Of a stretch of DNA of 64,000 nt, positions 14,201 to 24,496 are shown one piece after another. The notes beneath the pieces were generated by a model. It had not been told where the DNA came from. It worked only from the letters and a program-made list of their open reading frames with translations, and did not search any database. The stretch's first letter is position 1. Each line of letters opens with the position of its first letter. This stretch comes from Antechinus flavipes (lineage: Eukaryota), in assembly GCF_016432865.1 (NCBI RefSeq), contig NC_067401.1:109182001-109246000 (forward strand), in the 5' to 3' direction. A program made the position numbers and the translations under genes.

Positions 14201-17200
14201 AAAAAAAACTGCAAAATTGCTCAATACAAAATCTGACAATACAGACAATGTTCCACACCCATAGACTCCCACTCCTCCCAACTAAAATTCCACCTTCTGT
14301 AGAAAGCCTTTTCTAAACTCTCTTAATTCTAAATGTCTTCCCTTTTTAAATACTTTCCTATTTATTCTATAAATAGCTTGTTTTGTATATATTGTTCATT
14401 AAGTTTTTATTTGGTTGTTTCTCCCCATATTGTAAGCTCCTTGAGGGCAGGGAATGAAATTTGCCTCTTTTTCATTCTCATCACTTAGCACAGTGTCTGA
14501 CATATAAATGTTTATTGATCGATCATTGCAAAGTAGTTTGAGCCAAGCTTGTTCTTCATAATTTTGCAGACATGGGCTGGTTTGGGGGGCTTTTTTATTT
14601 TGCTTCTCTTTGTCTCCCCAAGACTTAGCATAGTACTTGACCCATGGTAAGTGCTTAATGAATGCTTATTGACTGACAGACCCTTGATTATCAAGAGCTT
14701 AAGTATTCCAGACTTGGGGAAGATGGCAGCATAGAAGGAAGGAATTTTCAGACTCCAAGGAGTCTGTGGGTGCTCCCTATCTCCTGGTGTGGGGGGTGTA
14801 CAGTCCATTCCAGAATGCCACGGAGCACATGGGCCCAGATGCTTGTGGAGTCCCGAACTGGAACCTGCTGGACGTGGAACTGCCTCTGAGCAGAACCCAA
14901 GAGCCAGGAGTGACCCTTGCCCCCCTCAAACCCTGGACCCAATATGCCGTCTTCGTGCGGGCTATCACCCTGAGCATGGCAGAGGACAGCCCCCATCAGG
15001 GGGCCCAGAGCCCTATCATCTACCTACGAACCCTGCCTGCAGGTACCCCTCCACCTTCTTCCTTCTGCACCTCATGCAAGATGGATTCTCTGAAGAATCT
15101 TAGAGGGAGAGGGCTATCCAAGCCAATGCAAGGGGATGAAGTGGGCTTCCTGGATTCCCTGTGCCAAGGAAAGGGAGGGAGGAGGGGAAGAAGGCTGGGG
15201 GAGGGTGGGGGGGGTGGAGGCAGGGGCCTGGATTTGTGGACAGAAGATGAGTTCTCTCTCAGGGTGGGGTGGCTACTTGTGTAAGCTTGAGCAGCCTCTT
15301 TCTAGGCAGTCTTTCTTTAGCTACAAAATGGACTAGAGATCTGCAAGGGTCCTTTAGATCCTGTGAGGTAGACCACTGGAGAAAGGGATGGGCTGCCTGC
15401 GAAAGTACAGGACTTAGATTCTTGAAGGTTTGGAGACCAAATGGGACTCCTGGGTCTTGAGTAGCCAAATGCCCGTGTCTCATGTGTGTGCTTGAGCACT
15501 TGAGGGGGTGGGCACACACTCACTCATTCACACTCACACACACTCACACTTACACATACACACACTTACACACGTCCCTAGGTACCCCGGGAAATAAGGT
15601 TAACAGTGAGAGGCTGCTGGAAGGGCTGGGAAGGGGAAGTTGGGCGGATTCTGGAAAGGGAAGAAAGAGTGACTTGACTGACCCGGCGCTGGTCCTGCTC
15701 CCCAGCCCCCACAGTGCCCCTGGACGTCATGTCCACGTCCAACTCTTCCTCGCACCTGCTGGTGCGCTGGAAGCCGCCCACGCAGCGGAACGGGAATCTC
15801 ACGTACTACCTGGTGCTGTGGCAGCGGCTGGCGGAGGACGCAGATCTGTACCTCAATGATTACTGCCAGCGGGGTGAGGATCCGGGGCTGCCTGAGGGGT
15901 GAAGGATTGGCTTGGGAGACGAGGAGGGCGGAGTGGGAGGTGGACGCGAGAAAAGGATGGGGCTGCACCAGGAACTGGGGTACTAAGCGCCGAATTTGAA
16001 GTCGAAAGAGACTAGGCCTAAGTTGTCCCTATTAATAGGTAAACCACTTCCCCTCCCTGGCCCTCGATCTCCGCCTGACTGTAAGGGGGAAGACGGGGTG
16101 CAATCTCTCAAAGGTCCCTTCCGTTCTTCGGGGCTGACTGAGCCGGATTTCGGCCCTGATCCCCTCCTACATCCAGGCCTGCGGCTACCCAGCAGCAGCA
16201 CGGACGCCCGCTTCGACCAGGAGGAAAGGGAACCCCTTGCCGAGGCTGAGCCCGGCTGCTGCCCCTGCCGGAGTCTGTCCCCGGAGCAGCCCCAGCAGCC
16301 TGCCCTCGAAGCGCACGAAGCCTCCTTCCAGAAGAAGTTTGAGAACTTTCTGCACAATGCTATCACCCTACCCAGGTCAGCTGAGCCAGAGTCCTACCCG
16401 CAGGTCGGGGATAGAGACCCCGGGGACGGGGGAAAAAAAGGGGAGGGAGAGAAAAGAAAGACAGGGGGGGAGGGAGAGAGGGAGAGCAGAAGAGGGGGAG
16501 AACGAGAGGAGAGAGAGACACACACAGAGACAGGAACACAGAGAGAGAGACAGACGGAGAAACAGAGAAAGGGAGAGGGGGAGAGAAAGAAAGGGAAAGA
16601 GAGGGAAGGGAGAGGGGAGAGAGAAGGGGAAGGAGGAGAGAGACAGGGAGAGAGAGGAAGGGAAAGAGATAGGGGTAGGGAGAGAAAGAGAGAGAGAGAA
16701 TTGACTAGCAAGACTGTTGGGAGACTAGGGTGGATGTGATCTCAGAAGTGAGCCCTGAGCTTTACAATTCAGGATGAGAATCTTGGGTTGGAGAACCTGC
16801 GGCTGAATGGGGCAAACCGAAGTTTCTATTAGTATCTTAGCCTGCCCCTCCTTAGACGCCGCACGAGTGGAGGTCTGGTCCTTCAGAGCCTTTCGGGTTC
16901 TCTCGGTGGCTCCCCCAGCCCTCTGGACACACAATAGGTCTTTAGCACATGTCTATTGAATGGGTTCATTCGTTGGAGAGGCTCACAGACGAGGAGAGAG
17001 CCTGCGGACTTGGGGGAAAGGCCCGTCTCCCGCAGGTGGGGTGAGTGTGGGCGGAGCTACAAGTTGAGCCCCTTGAATGGTGGGTGTTGCAGGATCTGGT
17101 GAAAAGAGTGGGTTGAAAACGGTCCCGCCTTTCTCCCCAGATCCCCCTGGAAGGTAACTTCGATCAACAAGAACCCCCAGAGGTAAGTGGGGGAAGGGAC

Positions 17201-20200
17201 AGGGAAGCCGCGAGGGGAGCCAGCAGGCAGAGAGGCTGGGGGTCAGCAATGAGCGGAAAAAGGATTTGGAGACAAGACCTGGGTTCGAATCTCAGCTTCA
17301 CCACCTTAGCCAATGGTTGAGTTTCCTCAGGATGAATCGGGAAACCCCGCCAAACGAGTGCTCCGGCAGCGTCTAAAGTACCTTCCAGCTCATTAACGGA
17401 CGGACCCTTCTGCCTCCCCAGGGACCCAGGCCGCTACCGGAGGGCTGCAAGGGCCCCTGGGGCAGGGGGGAATGGATCGGACTTTGGGATCCAAGACAAG
17501 GTACCTCGCGAGCGGGCAGTGCTGAGCGGCCTGCGCCATTTCACCGAGTACCGCATCGACATCCACGCCTGCAATCACGCCGCCCACACGGTGGGCTGCA
17601 GCGCGGCCACCTTCGTCTTTGCCCGCACCATGCCCCATCGTAGGTGACCTCCAACCTCTGACCCCGAACCACAGCCCTCCGAATAGCACCGTGCACACGG
17701 TGATCTCCCCTCACACTTACTTGGGCAGCTTTTGCCTTCATTTCTCCATGCCCACGGTCAGAGGGGAGGGAGGAGGGATGCTTGCATTGACAATCTTCAA
17801 GCCAGAAGGGCCTTTACAGCCATGTCCGCTGCTCCTTCCCCTCCAGGTGAGGCAGACAGCATTCCGGGGAAGGTGGCCTGGAAGCCAGCCAGTAAAAGCA
17901 GCGTCCTCTTGCACTGGCCTGAGCCCCCAGACCCTAATGGGCTCATTCTCAAGTACGAAATCAAGTACAGGCGCCTAGGTGAGGTAGGGACCTTAACACC
18001 CCTCCCTGCTGAGCTCCCTCCCTTCCCAACTGCTGAGCTCTTCTTCCCTCCACCCACCCCGGGGAGCCCCTTCCCTCTCAAGTGCCACCATCCCCTCCCC
18101 ATTATCCTTCTCCCCCATTATCCAGCTCCACAGTCTTCTGCTTGGTTTTCTGCTGAGTTTTCCCCTTCCTTTCCCTATCCCACCTAGGAGGCCACAGTGC
18201 TGTGTGTGTCCCGCCTCCGCTATGCCAAGTTTGGGGGAGTCCACCTGGCCCTGCTGCCCCCCGGCAACTACACAGCCCGAGTCCGAGCCACCTCCCTGGC
18301 CGGAAATGGCTCCTGGACAGATGGCCTGGCGTTCTATATCCCCGGTCCTGGTAAGACAGAAATGGCCAGCGCCTGACTCTCAAAGCCAGCCTAATCAGGA
18401 CCTTAGAAGCCCTCACATCACTGGGAACCTATGATGGAAGGACACCCCCTCGCCCTTTGGTTCTGTCCTAGGGCTGGACCCCTCTACCCCCTGACCCTAA
18501 CCACTAACTATGGTCCTGAGTGGGCCCTCCCCTTTGATTTCTGGTCTCCACCTGACTTTCTCCTCTCTTCCCAGAGGAAGAGGAGTCAGGGGGGTTACAT
18601 GTTCTCCTCACAGTCACCCCTGTGGGGCTCCTATTGCTCGTGGTCCTGGCTGCCCTTGGCTTCTTCTACAGTAGGAAGAGGTAGATATCTCCACGCTCAG
18701 TTTCTCTTCTCCCCTTCCCTTCACTGGGCTCCCCATCCTCTCCTCCCTATGGGAAGCAAGCCTGAATCAGATGGAAATGGGTTGACACTGAAGCCTGCTG
18801 CCTCTCACCTCTGCCCCAGGAAGTAATGAAAGATCCCTTTTAAGAAAAAGAAAAAAGAAAAAGCAGGGCAGCTAGCTGGTGCAGTGGATAGAGCACCAGC
18901 CCTGAAATCAGGAGGATCTGAGTTCAAATCTGCACTCAGACCTATTAAGTGTCACTGTGTCACTTTGGGCAAGTCACTTAAATCCAATTGTCTCAGGGGG
19001 AAAAAAAGAAAGAAAGAGATGTGATGTACTAAGATGAGAGTGAGGAGACCCCTGCCACAAGACCAATAATTCAGGGTTCTTGGCCCCTCTCTGGGGAGGG
19101 CAGCAGGAAGCAGACTAAGTGACAGAGCACACACGCAGTCCCCACCATCCTTGGCCAGAGTCTGGGCTCAGGAAAAAGCCCAGTTCTAAAAGATGCTCAG
19201 AGATCCTCTAGATCTGAGTGGGGCTGAGAGGGGCTGTGACCCCTACTTTGGTGCCTTTCCTCTGCCCCTCAGGCTTAAACTCCCCCTTGCCCTATAACTT
19301 CACACCAGACTCCTACCAAGTCCCGATCCCTCCCCCCTCCCACACCCTGCCTCGCATCAGTTCTGGTCTCTGCCCCATCAGGAATAGTGGTGGTTACCCC
19401 AATGGGACTCTCTACGCTTCTGTCAACCCTGAATACTTCAGCACTTCCGACAGTAAGTGCTCCATGGGCCTAGGGAGAGGGGTGGGGGACGGGTCAGGGA
19501 CAACTTTAGAGTAGAGGGTGCGACTTGGCAGGTGAGAGATGGGCACAGATCGGGCTTCAGCTATGGTGGCATTCAGAGCCTATCCCTAGGGAGGGCAGCG
19601 GGGACCCCAGGAGAGGAGAGGCTCAGAGAAATCCCCAGTTCCCCCCTCACATCATCTGTTCTCTACCACGACCAGTGTATGTTCCAGATGAATGGGAAGT
19701 GCCTCGAGAGCAGATTTCTGTGATGCGAGAGCTGGGCCAGGGCTCCTTCGGGATGGTGTATGAGGGGTTGGCACAGGGGCTTGAGGAGGGGGAGGCCCCC
19801 ACCCCAGTGGCCCTCAAGACCGTGAATGAGCTGGCCAGTCTTCGGGAACGCATCGAATTCCTCAAGGAGGCTTCTGTCATGAAAGCCTTCAAATGTCACC
19901 ATGTGGTACCTGGGAAGGGAAGGGCTTGGTTTATCAGGGTCATGGTTGGGGGGAGGCGGGATCAGGTATCAGACCACCAGCCCAGTTGCATTTGGATCCC
20001 AGTCAGACCTCATTGCCATCTGCAGGTGCGTCTCCTGGGCGTGGTGTCCCAAGGACAACCAGTTCTAGTCATCATGGAGCTCATGACCCGAGGGGACCTC
20101 AAAAGCCATCTCCGGTCCCTGAGGCCTGAGGCAGAGGTAAGAGTTTAGATGAGGGAGGAAAGGAGGGATGGACTAAGGGTGGGGGGACTGGTGAATGCCA

Positions 20201-21622
20201 CGATGCTTGGGATGGTAGGTCTCTTGAGGGTTGGGCAAGGAAGAGTGAGTCCTTTCCTCACAGATCTCCCTCCTCCCCCCGACTCCAGAACAACCCAGGA
20301 CTCCCTAGACCAGAACTGGGTGACATGATCCAGATGGCAGGTGAGATCGCTGATGGCATGGCCTACCTCACTGCCAACAAGTTTGTGCACCGAGACCTGG
20401 CTGCCCGAAACTGCATGGTGTCTCAAGACTTCACAGTCAAGATTGGGGGTACAAAGGATGAGAGGGGCCTCTTCCAGTTTCGGATATTCTTTTATTCTAC
20501 GCTGGAAGCAAGCTTTGGGACTGGAGACGAAAGAGGGAAAGAATAGGAAACAAATAACATGGGGAGCAGGAGATTTGGGAGTCAGAGGAGGTAGAAAACA
20601 ACAGGACGGGGAAAGTGGAGGTTGATCATACTTGGGGCAGAGTTTGATGGGGATGGGGGCTGACTGACTAAGGCAGTGTGTGTGACCTGCCCTTCCCCAT
20701 GTCCTCTGCTACCATCAGACTTTGGGATGACTCGGGATGTGTATGAGACAGATTATTACCGAAAGGGAGGAAAGGGGCTGCTCCCTGTCCGTTGGATGGC
20801 TCCTGAATCCTTAAAAGATGGAATCTTCAGCACTCACTCAGATGTCTGGTGAGGATGGGTGGGCTAGGTTGGGCCTCCTGGGGAGGGAACTGGAACCCTC
20901 ACAAGAAAGGCTGGAGAAGTGAACCAGTAACTTTTACTTAGACTTTAGGGAGTTCTGGATGCACACCTGCTCCTGGAATGAGGTTGTAGGGAGGGAGCAG
21001 TCACTGGGAAATGCTAAAGATTTTGCCTTTTGTCTCTTCAGGTCGTTTGGTGTAGTGCTGTGGGAGATTGTGACCCTGGCAGAACAGCCTTACCAAGGTC
21101 TTTCCAATGAGCAGGTGCTCAGGTTTGTCATGGACAACGGCGTCCTGGAGGAGCCCGAGGGCTGCCCTCCCCAGCTGTGAGTCGCCTCCCTCCCTTCTCC
21201 CCCCACCATGTGCCCACTCCTCCACTCATAGCTCCTCTACCTTACATCCAGACCTTACTCCCAAACTGTGACTTTGGGGATTTTCGCTTCTCCCCAAGTC
21301 CTGTAGCTACTTATGGGATCAGGGTGGTAAAATCGCAATCATTCCACCTGATGACCCTGCTCCTCTCTTCCCCCATGCCAGACAGGAACTAATGAGTCGC
21401 TGCTGGCAACAGAACCCCCGCCAGCGCCCAACCTTCCTGCAGATCCTGGACAGCATCAAGGATGAACTGCGCCCATCCTTTCGGCTCCTCTCCTTCTACT
21501 ACAGCCCCGAAAGCCGAGGGGGCAGGGGCTCCTTGGCACCTCCTGACACAGACCCTGATCCCCACTTGTCCCCTGAGGCCCCCCCAGACTACAGCCCTCC
21601 TAATGGCAGCCTAGGACACTGA
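828..21622 (+). CDS. INSRR: Insulin receptor-related receptor, exons 3-22 (exons 1-2 lie upstream of the window)
   Basis: 20 GT-AG exons with matching phases encode CR, L2, FnIII domains, RYRR furin site, TM helix, NPEY, kinase ([27 protein letters not shown]) and a C-tail ending NGSLGH*. Most exon sizes equal those I recall for human INSRR. One apparent frameshift in exon 3. Confidence 0.97.
1439..1581 (+). CDS. INSRR: INSRR exon 4
   Basis: 143 bp, ctgcag|...|gttagt; [23 protein letters not shown]...LNLRQG. Confidence 0.95.
1839..1983 (+). CDS. INSRR: INSRR exon 5
   Basis: 145 bp, gatcag|...|gtaagc; [28 protein letters not shown]...GDSMVDG. Confidence 0.95.
2446..2660 (+). CDS. INSRR: INSRR exon 6
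   Basis: 215 bp; [15 protein letters not shown]...[15 protein letters not shown]...[10 protein letters not shown]|gtgagg. Confidence 0.95.
4469..4595 (+). CDS. INSRR: INSRR exon 7
   Basis: 127 bp; [42 protein letters not shown]|gtgagt. Confidence 0.95.
5781..6102 (-). mobile_element. RTE/BovB-like LINE 3' fragment
   Basis: gaagctgaagcttaaatactgtggtcaca and (caa)n-type tail on the - strand. Confidence 0.6.
6541..6715 (+). mobile_element. MAR1-type CORE-SINE
   Basis: CORE gagttcaaatctgg plus RTE-derived tail gctggagaaggaaatgg...aaccccaaatgggg. Confidence 0.7.
9218..9459 (+). mobile_element. MAR1-type CORE-SINE
   Basis: tRNA-like head, CORE, ctggagaagggaatggcaaacc...ccccaaatggggtcacag tail. 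Confidence 0.75.
10440..10790 (-). mobile_element. Older L1 3' UTR fragment
   Basis: Reverse complement of the same 3' UTR type seen at 48600-49750, with polyT on +. Confidence 0.7.
11231..11275. repeat. (GAT)15 microsatellite
   Basis: Perfect trinucleotide run in INSRR intron 7. Confidence 0.95.
12260..12421 (-). mobile_element. WSINE1-type SINE
   Basis: Reverse complement reads gggatagctaggtggtgcagtggatagagcaccagc...ccctaattgcctcagc plus A-rich tail. Confidence 0.85.
12453..12655 (-). mobile_element. CR1/L3 endonuclease fragment, copy 1
   Basis: The - strand resembles the CR1 GDFNYPDICW region; similar to copy 2. Confidence 0.55.
13304..13512 (-). mobile_element. CR1/L3 endonuclease fragment, copy 2
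   Basis: The - strand ttt aac tat ctg ggc atc tgc tgg agc encodes FNYLGICWS. Confidence 0.6.
14804..15042 (+). CDS. INSRR: INSRR exon 8
   Basis: 239 bp; [15 protein letters not shown]...[39 protein letters not shown]. Confidence 0.95.
15706..15873 (+). CDS. INSRR: INSRR exon 9
   Basis: 168 bp; [39 protein letters not shown]...NDYCQR|gtgagg. Confidence 0.93.
16177..16375 (+). CDS. INSRR: INSRR exon 10
   Basis: 199 bp; [12 protein letters not shown]...GCCPC...[19 protein letters not shown]|gtcagc. Confidence 0.93.
16431..16700. repeat. Polypurine (GA-rich) low-complexity tract, INSRR intron 10
   Basis: About 270 bp that is almost entirely G/A on +. Confidence 0.9.
17141..17182 (+). CDS. INSRR: INSRR exon 11
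   Basis: 42 bp; ctccccag|...[13 protein letters not shown]...|gtaagt. Confidence 0.93.
17422..17639 (+). CDS. INSRR: INSRR exon 12 (furin site)
   Basis: 218 bp; DPGRYRRAA...[39 protein letters not shown]. Confidence 0.93.
17847..17983 (+). CDS. INSRR: INSRR exon 13
   Basis: 137 bp; [11 protein letters not shown]...[23 protein letters not shown]. Confidence 0.95.
18188..18350 (+). CDS. INSRR: INSRR exon 14
   Basis: 163 bp; [17 protein letters not shown]...[19 protein letters not shown]. Confidence 0.95.
18575..18680 (+). CDS. INSRR: INSRR exon 15 (transmembrane)
   Basis: 106 bp; [30 protein letters not shown]. Confidence 0.95.
18866..19010 (+). mobile_element. WSINE1-type SINE
   Basis: gggcagctagctggtgcagtggatagagcaccagccctgaaatcaggagg...ccaattgtctcag plus A tail. 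Confidence 0.85.
19382..19452 (+). CDS. INSRR: INSRR exon 16 (juxtamembrane NPEY)
   Basis: 71 bp; [23 protein letters not shown]|gtaagt. Confidence 0.92.
19676..19905 (+). CDS. INSRR: INSRR exon 17 (kinase N-lobe)
   Basis: 230 bp; YVPDEWEV...[12 protein letters not shown]...VALKTVNE...FKCHHV. Confidence 0.96.
20026..20136 (+). CDS. INSRR: INSRR exon 18
   Basis: 111 bp; [37 protein letters not shown]. Confidence 0.96.
20289..20448 (+). CDS. INSRR: INSRR exon 19 (catalytic loop)
   Basis: 160 bp; [38 protein letters not shown]. Confidence 0.96.
20719..20848 (+). CDS. INSRR: INSRR exon 20 (activation loop)
   Basis: 130 bp; (D)[42 protein letters not shown]. Confidence 0.96.
21042..21176 (+). 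CDS. INSRR: INSRR exon 21
   Basis: 135 bp; [44 protein letters not shown]. Confidence 0.96.
21382..21622 (+). CDS. INSRR: INSRR exon 22, coding part
   Basis: 241 bp to TGA; [18 protein letters not shown]...SFYYSPE...NGSLGH*. Confidence 0.95.
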
Positions 21623-21724
21623 GGAGTTCCCTTTCCCCTGGAGGGATGCCTGTATACTAAAACATTGACATCACATGGCACTGAGAGAACACAAGATTCC
21701 TAGATGCTGGCACTTTTGATATGG

Positions 21725-21725
<1 letters not shown>

Positions 21726-21768
<43 letters not shown>
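21726..21768. repeat. (CA)n microsatellite, about 21 units, INSRR 3' UTR
   Basis: Perfect dinucleotide run about 100 bp after the stop codon. Confidence 0.95.
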
Positions 21769-21769
<1 letters not shown>

Positions 21770-22745
21770 TCATAAGATAGCCCAAGGTGGAGGGGAGGTG
21801 ATGAGATGGGATGGGATGGGATGGGCCAGGAGACAAGGATTCTCTTTGTTCCTTCTTGGACTGATGGTGGACTGGGGCCAGGTAAGATGCCTCAGCCCTG
21901 AAACTCCATTGAAAAATGAGAAAAGGGGGGCCGAGACAACAAAAGGATTGTGGTAGCCCTAATATTTGGTGGGGTGCAAAACTCTCATGAGCACAGAGGG
22001 AGAACAGTACTTTCTTTCATGGACAAATCAAAAATACAAAAATACACCCACCAGGCATCCCAGACTCAGATGGCATAGGGAATCTATCCTGTGTTAAGAT
22101 ATATATGCTAAATGAGTCTGCATGGTTTTTTTTTTGTTGTTTTGAGAAAATACATCACACACATACACCTCTCAACACCATTTTTTCTGATACCTAAACA
22201 TTTCAGAACACTTTGCAGAAACTTGTTTTGGGGGAGGAGATCCTGAAAATATGAATCAAATCCCAAATCTTGCCGTCTGGCTCATCTTTCCCAGGATGAT
22301 GCCCTCTAGACGATCTTTTCTCCCTGGCCTACCTTAGGAAACGATAAGGGGTCTATTTTGGACAATGGTGGAAAGTGTTGGGATGAGTATTTGCTCCCAG
22401 CTCTCATCCCCCAGTTTCACATCCCTTCCTCTCCCGTGTAGGACATTCCTAAGGAGTCTTAAGAGTCCCAACTTTATCTCTGCCTTTCTGTGGGAGGACT
22501 TTCAACAAGTTTACCTCTACTTTGGACTCAGCCACCTCATTTAGCCCCATCCCAGGGTTCCTCAGCTTGGTGCTGCTCCCTCATTCCCTCTGGGGACATT
22601 CTTTGGTGCTGACTTTCTTTCCCCTCACTTCAATTTTCTTCTCATCCCCTTTTCAAATCTTGCCACTGGTTAAATTCTTAAAAGTCTTGAAAGTATCACC
22701 CTCATTCTTTAACCACTCCATCTTAAATGTGGATACTGGAAATGC

Positions 22746-22872
22746 AATAAAATTCCTGTTTGTATCTGGGGTCTTGGTTATATTATCCACTTATAAATTA
22801 TAAATTCACTGTTGTCTATCCTTCTCCCCTAGGTCTGAAACTGTTGCTGCTTTGGCAGTAGTACAGAATAAA
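22746..22872 (+). terminator. Candidate INSRR polyadenylation signals
   Basis: AATAAA at 22746-22751 followed by GT-rich sequence, and AATAAA at 22867-22872; about 1.1-1.25 kb after the stop codon. Confidence 0.5.
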
Positions 22873-24148
22873 CTTTATACTATGTAACTTCTCACTTTCC
22901 TCCCCCACAGGCAATTAGGGTTGCTTTATTACTGATAAATGATCCAGTTACTGACTGGGCTTTCACATGCTAGAAAAGCAGAGCAGGTAACTTTTGCTAT
23001 CTACTTGCCACCCAAGTGATCTTGAAAAGTCTCTCTTGGGTCTCAGTTTTTTATGTGAAAATAAAGGCATAGTACTAAGTAATCTCTAAGTCCATCAATA
23101 GCTATGATCTTGCCATTGAAACTTGTATTCAACCTCCTCCACCATCTTCTGCATAACTGTCTCCCTAAAATCCACAAAAAAGGTCTCATCCCTCTCAAAG
23201 TTTCCAACTTTGTCTATCATCCAAAGTGTCCTGGATCGTGACTACCTTCCTTAGCTTCCCTTAGAAAGAAGGCATTTCTTGAACTCTTGGTCTCTGTGCT
23301 ACAGGCTTCAGGTAGGCAGCATGTCTTGTGTGGGAGAAGGGAATGAGAAATAAAATCAACTCTTCTTACTGGTACTAACGATTCATTCATTGGTTAGAGT
23401 AAGCCTGACAATTTAAAGAGCCCTCTATCCTTTCCATAGGTTTGAATTCTGTTTCTAACATTGTGTGACCCTGGACAATTTAAGAGTCACAGTTCCTTCA
23501 TCTCTTCATAGGGATAACAATGTTTACCCACTTTGCCAATGACTTCAGAATCATTGAAAGGAAAATTATTCATAAACTTTAAAACTGCTATGGAGATGTG
23601 TATTATTTGAGTTTAGTACAAGAGGCTTGGTCTAAGGACCATGCTGGGCCTCCTTATGGGCTGCAAGGCTTGGATGAAATCAGTTACTATCCTCCCCCAG
23701 TGTCTTTAGGTGAGATCAAGTTCAATATAACCAGATTATATTAGAAGGGGAAAAGAAGTCACAAAAAGACAATATGCCCCAAATGGATAGGGGTGCCCTC
23801 AAAGAGGGGAGTCACATTCTCTGTTATAGTGTGGAAAGGAAGGGATTGAATATGTGTAAAAAGCTTTCTTAAAACTTCGTTTAGCACCATGGGTAGAAAG
23901 CTAACCTCTCAATTCTACCGTGCCCCATTTCTCCCTTCCTCCCCTACCAGCTATTTAGCATCCCTGGATAAATCTCCAAGTATTGGAGAGTCCCTAAGGG
24001 GGAATCCACAGGAAATGGCCTGGATTCAATATACACTAAAGATAAGGTGTAAAATCATTCTGTGTTCATGTCAAAAGCCTGCATACTCCTAACTCCAAAT
24101 AGCTATCTCCAAAAGTTATTTGGGAGAACTATTCATAGCTTCAATGTA

Positions 24149-24496
24149 CCGTTATCCCTTCCATATTGTGGTTTTCCTCATTGTGGTTTTGATATAATGC
24201 AGGTTGGTACGAGAAATTAAATAGAAATTTTTGGGAAGTTTTGCAGAAGCTTCAGGCACACAAAGGAGGCCAACAGACAACACAGAAAAAGTTTAGAGAC
24301 CCTTAAATGCATAAAATATATGTATAGTATTATATAATAACATATATTTTAATATTGTAAACACCCCATAAAAGAAAATGAAAAAATTCAGACTTCTCTG
24401 GTACAAGGAGAGCTAAAAAATTTTAAGCAGATTTTCCAGATTAAGGGGATACTGTGCTCCTAACCTCCCCCCATCCCCATAATTTAGAAGGGACTA
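24149..24496. mobile_element. TcMar-Tigger-like MITE
   Basis: TA|ccgttatcccttccatattgtgg ... cccataatttagaagggacta; degenerate terminal inverted repeats, about 350 bp. Confidence 0.55.

Noticed and set aside
15996-16739. 247-aa ORF with an E/R/G/K-rich tail, and the opposite-strand L/S/P-rich ORF
   Set aside because: It is INSRR exon 10 read through into a GA low-complexity tract that lacks stop codons by composition.
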